Assembly (NCBI GenBank): GCA_040954595.2
Contig: CM082576.2
Span: 2,516,760 to 2,580,759, forward strand
Direction: 5' to 3'
Origin: Balanoglossus misakiensis
Lineage: Eukaryota; Animalia; Hemichordata
Length of the DNA stretch: 64,000 bases
Part shown: positions 27,901-41,900 of the stretch, piece by piece
How the letters are laid out: each line of letters begins with the position of its first letter
Numbering within the stretch: the stretch's first letter is position 1
Position numbers and translations under genes: made by a program
Notes under the pieces: generated by a model
Told to the model about the DNA's origin: nothing
What the model saw: the letters and a program-made list of their open reading frames with translations, nothing else
Databases searched by the model: none

Positions 27901-30730
27901 ATATTAACACCATGCATGTTATTAATTAGAAAATATGTGAAAATTTAACAAAGATGAATGATGTACGTGGGTGATACTGTTCAGGATAAGGTCCAGAGGT
28001 CATAGATGTTTGAAATTGCTAAAATGTCAAAGTGTAACCTACTTTGGTGTGACATGGATGCCTATTCTTGTACTCGTTTATCATACAATTTGATAATAAT
28101 TGATGTTTTGAAATATAATATGGTAAGCACCGCCCATATGCTGACAGCTTTTTCATTCTTGTCTGCTGATATTTTAAATTGCATACTGCCCAGCTTGAGT
28201 CATCATTTTTCAAATGCATATATCCCCATAAATGCTTTTCAGTGTCTAAAATTAGGTAAAAGTGCACAGAATATATCTGCACAGTTGGATTTAGACTATT
28301 TACAGCATGTTTCTCTTAAATAAGAACATATGAGATATTTATGAAGGATAGGAGAGAGAGAGAGAGAGCAGATGAAGGCAAGGTAATCACAGATGTGATT
28401 TTGATATAACAAGAGTGCATCCGTGGTGATTATGCTTCATTCAATCCTAATCAAATCAAATTAAATGAATGACTAGATCATTAGTGCTTGTATATGAGAC
28501 AGAATTAGGATAAATTTCCTTAATTGTACATTCATCACCAAGCTGATAAGGCATCGAATGTTGTGTGGTGATTGGTAATTAAAGCCTTGTTTCTCTCTCC
28601 TCATCAATTACACTTACATTTGTACTTCACTGGCAATTAAATTACTAAGGGTTGACAAACATGTCAGAATTCTCTCAGAGGAGAAGATTGTGCACATTAA
28701 AGGGGAACACACACAACTGCTGATCTCCCCATTCGATCAAGGATAATTTTCTACACCATTCAATATGGGAATTTGGGAAATAAGAAAAATAGTGCGATTA
28801 AAAGCACGTCAGGTTCAAATTATTGCAAAACTACTGTCATCTCTACACATTGGAAATACACCACTATTATCATCTGCGGTACAAATCAAAGTGAATCATG
28901 GGATACACTGCATGGTAAACTCATCTGGTAATATTCAATTGACTGTGGAGCCCTATAAGACAAGACAATTGCAAAATGAATACAACTAAAACTTACCGAC
29001 TAGAAATGTAGTGCTGTGTAGCCAAGTGTCTGCATACGCAGCATACTGAGTCAATGTTCTTGCTTGTATGTAACCATTGTATCCAGTGAACATCGTTGCA
29101 AGCATGCATGTCCCAATTGGGGTCGGTTTCCCTCCTCGTATCAACAATGGAAATATGAATGTCCTGCAACAAAATAGTTGAGTGATGGCCTCTGATAAAA
29201 ACGGTGATTTGCGGTTCATTGTCTGCTAAGGAGAGCACACCACCTTGGTGGGTTACCATGGCAATGAAAGGATAACATTTGAAAAAAATGATTAAGAGAA
29301 TTGATTAATGTTACTGCGAAATGTTTCCATATCTGATACCTTTTTATATATTGCTGAAGTTCGACAATGTCAATCAGAACAGTCCAATATGCAAGAGAAA
29401 TTGTAAGGTAGAACGTGTCTCAAAGACAAATTTTCAGAAAAATTATAGCCCTCCAAACTTTCAATTCTTTGCTGTATTAAAGTGTTTGAGAAGTCATTTT
29501 GAAAACACAGAAGAAAACAGGATTTTCACTGTCTTGTTTTCATAAAAATCACAACTTTATATTTTCTTCATAGAGTTTATAACACAGAGATTGGCAGTGA
29601 CACTGACTGCATGTGAAGTTGTACCCAAAGACTTTTGTACCAAAGTCAACACGAGAGGGCGCTACAGTTTTGCAAATCGAAAGTGCCTCAAAATCTTCTG
29701 GCATTTCAGAGCTTTTCCTGGCAGAAAATGTCTTCCCATCAAAGGTGTCAAAACAGGAGGGGTCTTCAGGGTAACCATTATTTTACCAAGTAAAACAATG
29801 GTTACACATTTTTGAATTACACTGTAGTCCACTGTCCAGTGTTAAATTTACATTTTGTGACTCTCCCGATAAAAATACAACTAGTTGTACTTTGCTCATG
29901 TCTATCTGTGCACTTAGCAAAATGTCAGCCTATCTACAGAGTAATGAGTACATATTATCTTATGGTGTCATCACACCAATTCAAAAAACATGAAGGTGGA
30001 TATACATGTACAATAAGAACTGAAAAATGCTCAATATGTATGGATGTTGTGCATCTGTATGTTGTATCATGAGATATAAGTGACTCATCCTCATGACATT
30101 AGCCCCAGATGAACACACACACACACACACGAACTGATGGCAACTGGAAATCCCAGTTCCAGACATCTAGCAAGGTGTCACGAAGGCATACTAGTTTGTT
30201 CATCAGGATCAAAGGTCAGGTGGTGAACACACTTTGTGTCTACTAGGACTAACATACCTAACTAGGTATACTAGTCCCAGGTATCAATAGTGCAGATAGT
30301 GTTTGATGTGGACCAGAGTGCCTGATTGCAATGGGAGAGTCTTGACAAATGACTGAGCTGAACTACTTGTAGAAGTTGTGGCTCACCTTTGTACATAATG
30401 AAGTAAGTACATTCCAAGTAGGATACGATTGACCATTGACGCATTGAATTGGTCGCTGGGGGTGAAGTAGATGAGCAAGACCGGTATCACGAAAGCGGGC
30501 AATTCTTGCACAACCCAAGCAACTTTGGGATGAACCATAAAGCCCCAAAGTGGGCTAGCTTCAACCGAGTACCGTCCATACTTAGCTTTTATAAACTGCA
30601 GTGCCACCAAAATGAATGGGGTGATTCCCACCATCACAGCGGCAAGATAGTACAGGAGGTCGTATTCTGCCGGTGAGCTCTTGGGAAACGCTTCCCAGGT
30701 TTTGAGAAAGAGCGACATTATCGCTGCCAT
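21901..30730 (-). CDS. SRD5A1: 3-oxo-5-alpha-steroid 4-dehydrogenase (steroid 5-alpha-reductase, SRD5A1/SRD5A2 family), 5 coding exons, about 276 aa
   Basis: Exons 30387-30730, 28997-29163, 27470-27571, 22946-23096 and 21901-21967 total 831 nt, all GT-AG and in phase. Family motifs present: YGRY, AWxxQELPAF, HYxxR, RGGKP, NGYIQ, INxHSDHILRNLRKPGETGYKIPRGGMFEFVSGANFFGE, RAxxHH and YPxxRKAFIPF. Confidence 0.96.
22262..22320 (+). mobile_element. Probable terminus of a Helentron/HINE (pearl-like) element in SRD5A intron 4
   Basis: A short (GACA)n run is followed by the hairpin taagccccc...gggggactta. This microsatellite plus terminal palindrome layout is typical of non-autonomous Helentrons. Confidence 0.5.
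22946..23096 (-). CDS. SRD5A1: SRD5A exon 4
   Basis: tttcttccgcag| GMFEFVSGANFFGESLEWLGWAMACNTFQAYAFFIFTVCNIGPRATHHH GA|gtaagt, 151 bp. Confidence 0.95.
27470..27571 (-). CDS. SRD5A1: SRD5A exon 3
   Basis: ctttcacag| CLLFFSGMFINLHSDHILRNLRKPGETGYKIPR G|gtttgt, 102 bp. Confidence 0.95.
28997..29163 (-). CDS. SRD5A1: SRD5A exon 2
   Basis: ttttgttgcag| TFIFPLLIRGGKPTPIGTCMLATMFTGYNGYIQARTLTQYAAYADTWLHSTTFLV G|gtaagt, 167 bp. Confidence 0.95.
30387..30730 (-). CDS. SRD5A1: SRD5A exon 1
   Basis: ATG at 30730 (MAAIMSLFLK...KAKYGRYS...AWVVQELPAF...LLHYVQR). Donor AG|gtgagc, phase 2. Confidence 0.93.
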
Positions 30731-30978
30731 ACTGTAGTTTGACACGTCCTGGAGATGGTAAAATCTGTGACCTCCGGGTAAGTCAAAGTTTCATCACCAG
30801 CTGCCACGCCCACCTCGCCCTAGTTACCTATGACGCTGGCACAGTTTCAGATCCATATCCATGGATCCTGGTACTGGTCTGACCCAAGTTTCTGACCCAT
30901 GACCTCTAACCCTCCCTGTCGCATGGGCTGCTCTCAACAGCGCACCCATGCGGTAGAATGGGGTAGGAGTTAGGTTAG

Positions 30979-31016
<38 letters not shown>
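30979..31016. repeat. (TGA)n microsatellite in the SRD5A promoter region
   Basis: About 12 perfect TGA units. Confidence 0.95.
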
Positions 31017-31018
<2 letters not shown>

Positions 31019-32548
31019 TTTCACCTATAGTAGAGGCTTGACGCAACAACTCAGTTAATTGTGAGTTTTTCATTCGCGTTTAGTCGCAAGCACCGGCATC
31101 AGCGTCATAAAAGGGGCATCCAGTCAGTTGCAGTAATAGCCTAAAGCAAACGCACGACCACAACTCCTTTCTCAATAGAAAAGTGTGGAAGTGTAACAGA
31201 AAAAAATGCAATGAACAGTCAGCTTTATACGCTTTGAACTTCCACCGTGCCTTACCTACGTCCCATCCACATCTACATAAGTATACCACACCGTATATCT
31301 TATGAAAATATTCTGGCTATGAACTTGTGAAAATTTTGTTTCAAAGTCAATTTCTGCATGATAAAAATAAAGAGGGCGTTTAATTATTCACGGCCGAAAC
31401 CCAAACAGTTTTATCTGGAATTTTCACATTCTTAACCACAAGTACAAGTTGATTTTATTCAATAAAAAAAACGCAAGGTACAAATGAGCCCAGCCAGTGC
31501 ATGTGCCAAAATTGTGTTCGCAAAACTCAAGACATAAAGTCCAACAACACCATTTTAAATTTCATTTCTTCGTCATAGTATTTCATTTTTTTATCTCTAA
31601 TATAATTATTTTCAACGTGAAAATATCATGTATATATCACAACGTGACAATGTTGATGATAGAACATTTTCGTCATATCCGGAAGAGAAGCCCTTCCCAG
31701 GCTAGAATGATTAATACACTTAATAATGTAACATCAACGTTTACAAAAATAGCGCAGGGTATATATACCATACTGCCTGTTTATAGTGTCAATTTTCCGA
31801 AACCCCGAAAAGTATATTTTCAGCCCCACGGAGCTGCAACAAATTATCATGAAATTTATTTTCAAACAATACAGATGTAGGCCTATGCACCTAAGTATAT
31901 AGACCTACATTTTGCACTGCATTATTTCACTTTTAAAAAAGGAGGGAATTTTGTCATAATCGGTACTGTGGATTGTGGGCATACACATTTTGCGGGCGTT
32001 TCTTGGACCGCTTTATTTTCTGACCCTTTTTTCGATGTTTTTCTTTCTCGATAACTGTTACCAAAAGCTATGTATGTTAACTCCAATATATAAGGTGTTG
32101 GGCAACTATATCAAAAATGAACGTTCTATTATACTTGTGCAGAAATCGGTCATTTGCGTCAACAAATGGTGGCCTAATATAAATAAGGTGGCTTCAAAAT
32201 GAAATGGGCGATTTTCATTCTCTTGATCATGAAAAGTCTTGTATCGATTTTGGTGATCTTTAGTACTAAATCCTTGAGCTATCAGGACATGACTGGTGAC
32301 ATAAAAATGTTCAAATTTTATGAAAAAATGCAAAACCATTTTCGTGAGACCTGGAAACGCTTTCTATGATAAAAAATGAGAATGTCTTCTTTTTGTGAAT
32401 TATCTATTTCCCGTGCTTCGCTTTTGTACATTCAATACAGAATAAGTCTTAGCGAAAAATTTCGGTTTGACAAGCCACACGGCCTACCCGAACATTTACA
32501 GATCTGACATATCTCGGAGGAACGATGGGAGGAACTGCCTTTAATGTG

Positions 32549-32579
32549 AAATAAATAAATAAATAAATAAATAAATAAA
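32549..32579. repeat. (AAAT)n microsatellite, possibly a retroelement tail
   Basis: aaataaataaataaat... run. Confidence 0.85.
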
Positions 32580-32684
32580 CTAACTGTATTAATCAAGAAA
32601 GACCTCGAACACCTATGTCAATGCACTCTACCGTGCGCGTTATCACTGTTGTTTTGGTCAATATATAACTTGTTGTTTGACTGA

Positions 32685-33077
<393 letters not shown>

Positions 33078-36000
33078 TAGCTGTACAACATCCATGTACA
33101 CTTTATTTATTCTAAGCAAACGTGTCTATGAATAGCACGAAAGGGAAATCGCCATATGACACGAAAGTGACCGCTAGAAGACAATTTGGAAGCCAAAATG
33201 CAGTCAGTGACAGCAACGAGAAACAGCTAGGAGAGCAAAATAAACAATGAAATTGAAAATAAATTTTAAAACAAAAAGATTTGTGTGCATTCAACTATTG
33301 CCACCGTGACGTATCGTTTTGAAAAGACCAAACAAACGCAAAAAATTCCACGTTTTAGACATAAGAAAACAATGAGCGTATATTATAAAATATGTAGATC
33401 ACCATAAGACTACTACCGTATGTTTTATTGAAAGCTTCAGGCAAAAGCTGGACAAGGACATTATGTGTTGGCAGAGTTGCGACATCCACTTCAGTAGTCG
33501 GAAATTAATATGGGAGCACGTTTCTATAGTAACATTAAACAGGATGGTTGATATTGCTTAAATTCACACAGATTGGGGCAGTCTGTGGTGGATTAATAAT
33601 TAATTATAGTTGTAATGATATCCAGAACCAGTATTTCTTGTACATGCTAGAGTATTATAAAATTTAAAAACAGGGAAATATGCAAGTGTGTTAATTAAAT
33701 TGATGTCTTTTTGTTCCATCTTTGCTGATGATGCTGATTGTTTTTTGTAGAAATCATTGCAGGTTATCTTCTCAAATGTGTGGATTGTGGATTATTTAAT
33801 TGAGGCAGTTCACTGTTTAGTAGTATGTTTACACTAGGCTTTATGCATTAAGTGGTTAAAATGTCCTAAATTGGTGTTTCACAAAGCCCTATTATGCCGA
33901 TACAATCCATTTTAAAAACGTTTTGAAAAGTGTGCATCGTATCAGCCTTAATGGCTGAACCTCCCAGAAAATGTGTTATCATGCACTTGTCCTCCATGGC
34001 ATTCTCTCAAAAAGGTCACAAAATCGTAGATAGAGACCAGCCCAAGGGTAGGCAGTTGAATTAAAGATTGAATACATAAAATTTGACTTTCAAGTCTGCA
34101 CGAAATGGATATTGCAAGTGCTTTGTGTTAGGATGTGTCTGACAGACAGAACAAACACCCCCATTTATAATTTACTATATCCTGAATATTCCACTGTGAA
34201 ATGGATTCATGGAATTGTACATGTCTTATCTGGTGTTGCTGCTGGAACATACAATGTACAATGTATACTGTTAGAATATCCATTTTTGCTAGAGTTAAGT
34301 ACAAGGCTGTATGGACCGCCCATACAAAGTACATTTAAACATTTTACAGAGTTATCATGCAAATCCTCCAATTCAGATTATTGCATTAGAGCTTGCTTTT
34401 CTCATTGAGAGCTCTGGCAGCTTAACAAATTGACCACTTTCAGAAATCTCACAAAGCAGACTATTTTTGACATGTGTCTGTCTATAGTCTGTTTCTGAAG
34501 CCTAAGTTGGTGGTGAGAATGTTAAAATCCATTCCAGTAATGTATGAAGTTTAATTGGCATGTTGACGTGTTTTCCCCTTTTGGGAGAAAATAGAATTGT
34601 ATTTAGGCAGCTGTCAGCACATTGTGAAGACATTAAGAGAATGAAACTATTGGGAATCGTGCCTAATGTATGTGTTACATATCCCAATCTGAAGACTTGC
34701 GATTATGCTATCACCCTGAGTGTCGCTTAATAGCATTTTGATTGGAATATTAGACTCAGTATGGAGCAGCTGATGAAATACTTGATGAAAGCTATTCCCT
34801 CTCATTTTGTTATTTGGCTTTTGCAGTTACTGGAGTCAGTTGGATGCCAGTAAAAAGGGGAGAAAAATGAAAAAATATGACTTGCCACTCAATTAGAGAG
34901 AGTTTTCTGCCAATGTCACTACTTGAGAAGAAATTTGCGTTTATTTACCACTGTTGTGGAATGAATAGCTGTATGCAGGGATTTATTCATCAACCACCCA
35001 TAACTTACACTAATTGAATTATTGTGCATGATTTTGTATAATCTGAATGAATGTGTGATTATGCCCCCATTAATTTTTTTTTCTTGGCGTGACAATGTGA
35101 TTTTAAATATGATTTATATATGACCAAATGTAATATAGATATATTTATTTTGACCATGGGAGTGAGATAGATACATGTAAAGTGCTAGAGTGGAAATGAT
35201 GAAAAATTGTGAATTTTGAAAAGATGGTATGGCATGACTGTCAGATATACAAATCAGGCACAGCTACTTTAATTAAAGCAATTTGATTGTTGTGAAATGC
35301 TAACAGTGCAGGCCGAGGGTAGTTGATTATCTAATGAAGCTGTTCGTATCACAAAGTATTGGAGTATTTTTGTCTCAGGCATCATCATGTGGTGACGCAG
35401 GCTTTTCATGAAGTTATACATGTTATAGTCATCAGTAAATATGTTGGATTCTCGCTGTACGAACAAACAACAGCTGCCAGTACCTTCAACTGAACCGACA
35501 TGAGCTGGCACAATGATATGCTGTAACAGATACATGTACATTTGTATGACTGTTTGATGAACCCATACAAGTTATCCAAAAAAATAATTACTACATGTAT
35601 ATTCATTATTTGCTTGACCATAGACCCTGCAGAAAAAGGGTGTATGAACAAACAAACAGACAGTGATATATGTGTGATCATGATCATGGTTGCATGTGAT
35701 CATATTTTAATTTAAATTGATCATAAATGCCAAATATAAGTGTACAAATGTACTTGATGGGTGATTTTCTTGAGGCCGAGGTGAGGGGTTGTTTTTATCC
35801 AGTGACAAACCTTCTGAGGACGTTCAGACTCAATGTCACAGACTTTGCAATTTATCCTTCAGAAAGTCCTTGTTTTTAACCAGGTCTTCTTGCTTTGAAG
35901 TAAAAAGTAGCGTACCGCCCAATTTCCCCAGGTAGCCAGCAGTTTAACATGTCACCAAGTGATCATCTGCCTACGCAGTCTAAATCAGACTGGTTTTGTG

Positions 36001-38958
36001 AAAGGAGTGACTCTCTCTTGAACAGATTGAAGGCTACAGTGAAAAGATTTCCCTACTGTGCATCCCTGGGAATGTTACATGTATGTGTAGGTCATGTATG
36101 GTTCAATGTACATGCATTCGGTGAGGAGTGTCTGTGATTCATTGTTACCAGCAACAAATGACAAAATGTAATCAATTTTGTTGTGCTCCAGTGCACAAAG
36201 AGAATGTTTGTACATTGTGGTGGCGTACATGTACGTGGTAGACATGTTGATTTGTGTATGTGTCTGTGTATGTGTATGTGAGACTGAGAGAGAAATTGAT
36301 GATAAGCAGTGATACATGTAGATACTGTGTACATATACATGTAGACAGCCCTACAGTCTGTACAAATGAAAGACAGGATTTTAATCTACAACTCATTACA
36401 CTGATAGTGCTGTCCAATACTACATGTACATGTACATATATATATACTGCATCATTTAAATGAGAAATCCCTAGGGTATACATGTACCGTCAAATTTTGC
36501 AATATAATTATAAAAGGCGTATATTTGGCATTCTACTGGTGGGTGATAACTGACTTCGTTTCATTTCATAAAGAACAGTGTAGAAAGCTCAGTAATGAGC
36601 ATTGGCCCAGGGATGTTTGTACATGTACATTGTAGAGCTCAGACTGAATCTACTCATGTGTGTAATGTCACTAAATCATATGCAAAACCTAAGGTGTTAA
36701 TTTGTCTGGCTGCAGTAGTAATGTAATTTTGTAAAGGAAAGTTAATGAATTTGCATCTGAAATGGAAGATTGTAACCTTATATTATTTAATTATTAAAAT
36801 TAATGAAATTCTCTTCGGTCATTAATCTTTCATGATGACATAAATTTTGCATGGTGTGTAGCATGAAAAGATGAAGAAAGTCATCTGCGCATTATTTTTT
36901 TTTCGCACAAAAAATATTTCGTGTCCTGCTTACATTGTACATGTAATCCCATGTCTTGTAGCCTCTTGTGGTTCCAAGATATTTTAATGAGGAAATAATT
37001 TTTGGCTATTAAGTGGATATTGTCTATTTGAATCATATGATCTAGATGAAATGAAGCATTGAAATGATGAGTTGGCATGATTGTCTCTCACAGGAGAACT
37101 GTGTCAAGTGACATAGAGCCTGGCTTGCTGTAGATTTCATGTACATGTAGAACCTAAAATAGAACTACAACAGTAAATAATTTTAGGTTTAAGTCAAATC
37201 AGTATATTTTCAAACTTTATGTAATGTTGTATATAAATTTAATCAGGTCAAATTTTCTACAAAAAGCTATCCCCACATGTAACATGTACGTACCGGTATG
37301 TAGGTCACCTTAACTTTAATTTACCTTGACTATAATTAAATTTGCATACATGTACATTAGCACAAAAGGAAATAGTACTGTCCTTGGTGTGATGTCCAAG
37401 AATACATTTATTAGTCATGAAATTAGAGCTCCTTTGATCTTCAGCAGACTCACTCTCGACAATTTTTTGTCTCTGAAGCGAAAAATAAACAAACAAATGG
37501 TGACATTCTTGGCGTACTTATTGAGTCTGCATTCCTGCTGCAACTTTGCCAGAAATGTCAGAAATGGCATTTTTAATCAAGCCCACGCTGTGTGTCATTT
37601 GGGATTTTCTATGTTGTGAGTCTTGTTGCCTATCAACCTACCAGGCTGTGAAATGATAGGCACTATTGTTGGTTGTTTACAATGTCTATTCCTAGAATGA
37701 TGAAGTGGGTGGTGTTTGTTATGAAAGGTACATGTACATGTAGTACATGAAAATTAGCTGTCCATATTTGGGGGAAAAATTAGGGCTGAGCTCATCCTCC
37801 AATGCGACGAATTCTGGCCTGTCAGTATGTAATCGCTCAGTATATGATACCTGTATGTGGTCAGTCACTCAATTAGCATGCAGAAACTTGTGCTAAAATG
37901 GTATGCAGAGCAATTTCTTACACTGCCTGCAGGCCATACTCAGTAACAATTTCTTTTATGAATGGGATACACCCTGTGAATATGACCATTTTTAATATGA
38001 CTTGAACTAATAACAAATGGTCTAATGACCGTTAACTCTGACTTCTTGCATGTAAATCATTCTGTTTCCCTGAGATTGAATGAAATCCACCAGACGTCAT
38101 TCAGGGCGGGTACTGACTGACCATGCATCATAAAACCTGCAGGGGATGTCTGTAATAGCGTGACCGTATTTTTTTCTGGAAAAATAGCCGCTGAAAGCGG
38201 GTTAAAAAACAATTGTTTTGAACGTGAATTGTGTATGTGTTTCTTTCTGTACAGCTGTGCATGCTACAGCTGTGCGTCCATGCAAGAAACAACATATTTT
38301 ATATGACACTAATACATATAACACAGAATAATTAATTGTCCCTGAAATAGCACTTTACTTGATGTTTGATTATAATCATTATCTCGTACATGTACATAGT
38401 AAAATATTCATCATGTAGTATACATGTACAGTATAGCCACAAACTTACATCCAGTGAAGGCAAGTTCTATTTGAAATTTAAATGATTATTTGGGGTTCTT
38501 CGTATACCACTGGCCATGAATATGAGAAATTTGCATAATTGAGAGATTCTGGATCAAAGATATCTGCTTCACCATATTTTATTTTTAGGTGTTGTCCATA
38601 TTGTGCTCTGTGCATTATCTGAGATGTTATAATACATGTACATGAACACACAATTTGCATATTAAAAAAGTAGTCCTGGGTGTGTGTTTTATATAGACGT
38701 TCCCAGATATGTGTCTGCATTTTGATGATTTCACAGGGTACATCACGTATTCATTGCCGTTTGCTTGATCGGCCAGAATCTAGTTACATGTACAGACACA
38801 CCTGGATGGTGCTATACATGTGGTACTGCCAATGGCTGTGAGCTACATGCACCCTGGTTGTTCCATAGTGTAAACATTCCGGCATCCACTTTGCCCACCT
38901 GTAAATTTATACCACTCATCTCATATTTTCCTCTCTCTCTTTCTCTCCTGAACTGCAG

Positions 38959-38985
38959 GTTTCTGGTCAAACTGGCATGCCGTAG
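38959..38985 (+). CDS. INAFM2: INAFM probable terminal coding exon (VSGQTGMP*), followed by a long 3' UTR
   Basis: Strong acceptor ctctctctctttctctcctgaactgcag|GTT. In phase with exon 1, with a TAG after 8 codons, giving about 112 aa. Plus-strand AATAAA occurs at 41332, 43156, 43193 and 43351. Confidence 0.6.
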   Translation, partial: VSGQTGMP

Positions 38986-41900
38986 GACATCCTAGCGTAC
39001 CAATGCATCTCTTTTTGGATACCCCCGTGCCAAAAGATGACGGTATCAATCACTCAAGAACTGGACAATCATGAAAAAAAAATTAGACTCTGATTTATCT
39101 TGATTTGACAATCAGCAGTGAATCATGACTTTGACTAACAAACTATAAAAAAGAAATTACTGTGATAATAACAAATCAGAAATCAGCTCTACCGGAGATT
39201 TTCTAAACGATGTTGATATTGCCAATGCACTGGAAGGAAAGTGGAAGAGAGAGGATGAAAAAAGACAATTGAAAAAGTTCAGCTAGAGTTGTACGTGCGT
39301 GTCATCACCAGCTGTGAAGTTGAGTAGAAGATGGAAAAGTGATACGTCATATTGCAAATCAGAAATGGAGGATGTGATGATTTGTGTCTTTTAATATCCA
39401 AGACAAACACACTCGGAAGAAGAAATGTGTTTTTCTTAATATGTATATACTAACGTACGACTTGGCTTTTTACTCAGGTATTTTTTGTTTTCCTTTGCCA
39501 GGAAAAAAAAGCAGATTGTATAGGGTTTAGCCAGTGACAACTCTTGAGGGGGTGTTCCAATAGTGTCAGAGTTTGTAACATGCATGGTTATGTACCATCC
39601 ATCATTGTCTGTCTTTCCTTGTTTTGAGGTGAGGGGCAGTCACATTTATAATCAAAATTCAAATCAATTTCCTGTGAGAGTCAAAGTCGATTCTTTGTAG
39701 GGGTATCAGGTCAGTTTCATTCAAAGGGTGTCACAATGGTTGGAGGGGGGGGGGGGGAGGATATCACATGAATTCCTGCACAAGGAGGTAGTCAGCCAAC
39801 CACCCCCACCCACCCTTGAACAGTCAATGTGTGAGTCAATTACCCACACAATAGAGTTTATTGCACACTCCCAATGCTGCTGCCATTGGTGAAGATTGTA
39901 CTGGGCTTGTTTAGGGGAGGGGAGACTAAGAATAGATGTTACAAGAGTTATCATAGGCATGTTATATCCACAGTATCTGTTGTCATTGCACCTGTTGTAA
40001 AGGACACTCACTGGAAAAATATCTGAGTATGTCTGGCTCTAGGATAGAATCCCCTGGCATGTGAGCAAACGAAATTCTTGACTGTGAAAATATTACCAGT
40101 TGTTCAAGGAAAATCACAAAAGATTTCACAATCACAGCAATGTACTGGGTGTGTACTGTAATATTTCATGCCTTTGCAACTCATTGTACTGACCAGAATC
40201 TCTGAAAGTCATTATTTTCATACAAGGAAATTTTGTGTGTGAAAATAAGCCAGTCATTTACTTTTTTTTCATCAATCACATTTCAACTCACTAACCATGG
40301 GATTTTACATGAATGTTCTTTGAGTGAGCAGCATTTACACGGTACCATTTCGCCAAACTCTAATCTCTAATCTAGGACAGAGAAGTTTAAAAGCGAGTGA
40401 ACAAAGATGCAGGATAATCTTTCATTCAGTGTGTGTTTGTTTTTGATTTGATAATCCGTACTAGGCAATTGATATGTTCCCTTCTTGTACTTTTGGTGTG
40501 TGAGTGTCTCCATCTGTCTGTCTGTCTGTACAGATGTGTTAAATGTCATTTTATCTGCTTATTACAAAATGTGTTGGAACAAGAGTCACAATGCGGTCTT
40601 GAAGAATAGTTGTAGAATACATGTACCTTCATTAACGCATAAGCCATTCATTGTGTGTGAACAGATAGACATACGTGAACGCACACACTCAAACTCGTGC
40701 ACATGCTGGCATGTACATGTACAATGTATGAACCTGTGCTGATTTTGATATCATTTTTTGAAGAGTAACTGGGATTTTGACATGAAAAGGGCCTTGTGCC
40801 ACAAGACTATGTAACTGAATGACCATTCATAAAGACTTTACAGATTCTATGTACTTTATACAAATATCGGATGAGAGGGAAACACATGTACATGGTCAGA
40901 CTGATAATATTGTACATTGCATGTCCATTGCCAGCTCAGCTGACATTGAAAGTTTTCAATTTTGGTATCCCTTCACTGTTTTGGCTACATCTATGGCAGG
41001 TGTTTAGTGAAGGCTTGGGTATAGTAATGCCGTGGTAGCTATGAAATGCCTATCGATATACATGTATTGTGTCTCGAAATCTATTGTCATTCATCAATAA
41101 CAGCCACAGCCATGTCATCTGTCTTTAATTTTATGTGTGTAATAGCCATGTTTCTTGTGTGTACATTGTTCACATCTCACTAACTTAACATCTTTTTGTA
41201 GTGAAAAAAAAATTAAAAAAATCAACTCACTGTTGTACAAAATATATGCCAGATTTTCTTGTAAATTTTTTGAGCTCTAAGATGTGTAATTCAAAGGGAA
41301 CTTTGGCTCAAATTTGAAATTTTCTGATGTTAATAAAATGTGAACAACAATGAAAGTTTTGTACTAAAATTTTAGTAGAAAAAGAAAATTATTGTAACTG
41401 TAGAGCCAGGTGGGCTTTTTATTGTAATTTTTGACAGGTTTTAATGGAAAAAATTATCACATATTTTGTAAGCAGAGTTGAGATGTTACAGATTTATCAG
41501 CACACTTTCGGTGTTTGCACAAAACTGAACGTCAAAATCTCTCAACTGTTGAGTTAATCGAGCATGTCCATCTTTGCCAAATTGAATGCAAGTATCACAA
41601 GATGACACCGACAGTGCCACTGCCATAAGTCTGTAAACCTACTACTTTTCTGGGGACTATTTTATCAACTCTGTGGTTTTCAACGGACTGTGTATTTTTT
41701 GCGTGACTAACAGTTAACTTTGAAGAGGTTCTTAGAACCCTGGGAGAGAGGGAAGGGAGACTGCTAAAGAAATAATCGGCGCAGAGCTTAATTGTCATCC
41801 TGTTCTTTCAGTTCACCATTTGGAGAAATTTTGTACAGCTAGGGAGTCTTTTTAGGCCGCATCATGGTCACCCCAGAATACTTTGTAAGAAGCTAGACAT

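Noticed and set aside
29403-29780. Fragment resembling a Kolobok-like MITE end (gtaaggtagaacgtgtctc...) in SRD5A intron 1
   Set aside because: No matching second TIR or intact TTAA TSD was found.
30824-31024. ORF with a poly-Ile 'signal peptide'
   Set aside because: It is the translation of the (TGA)n microsatellite.
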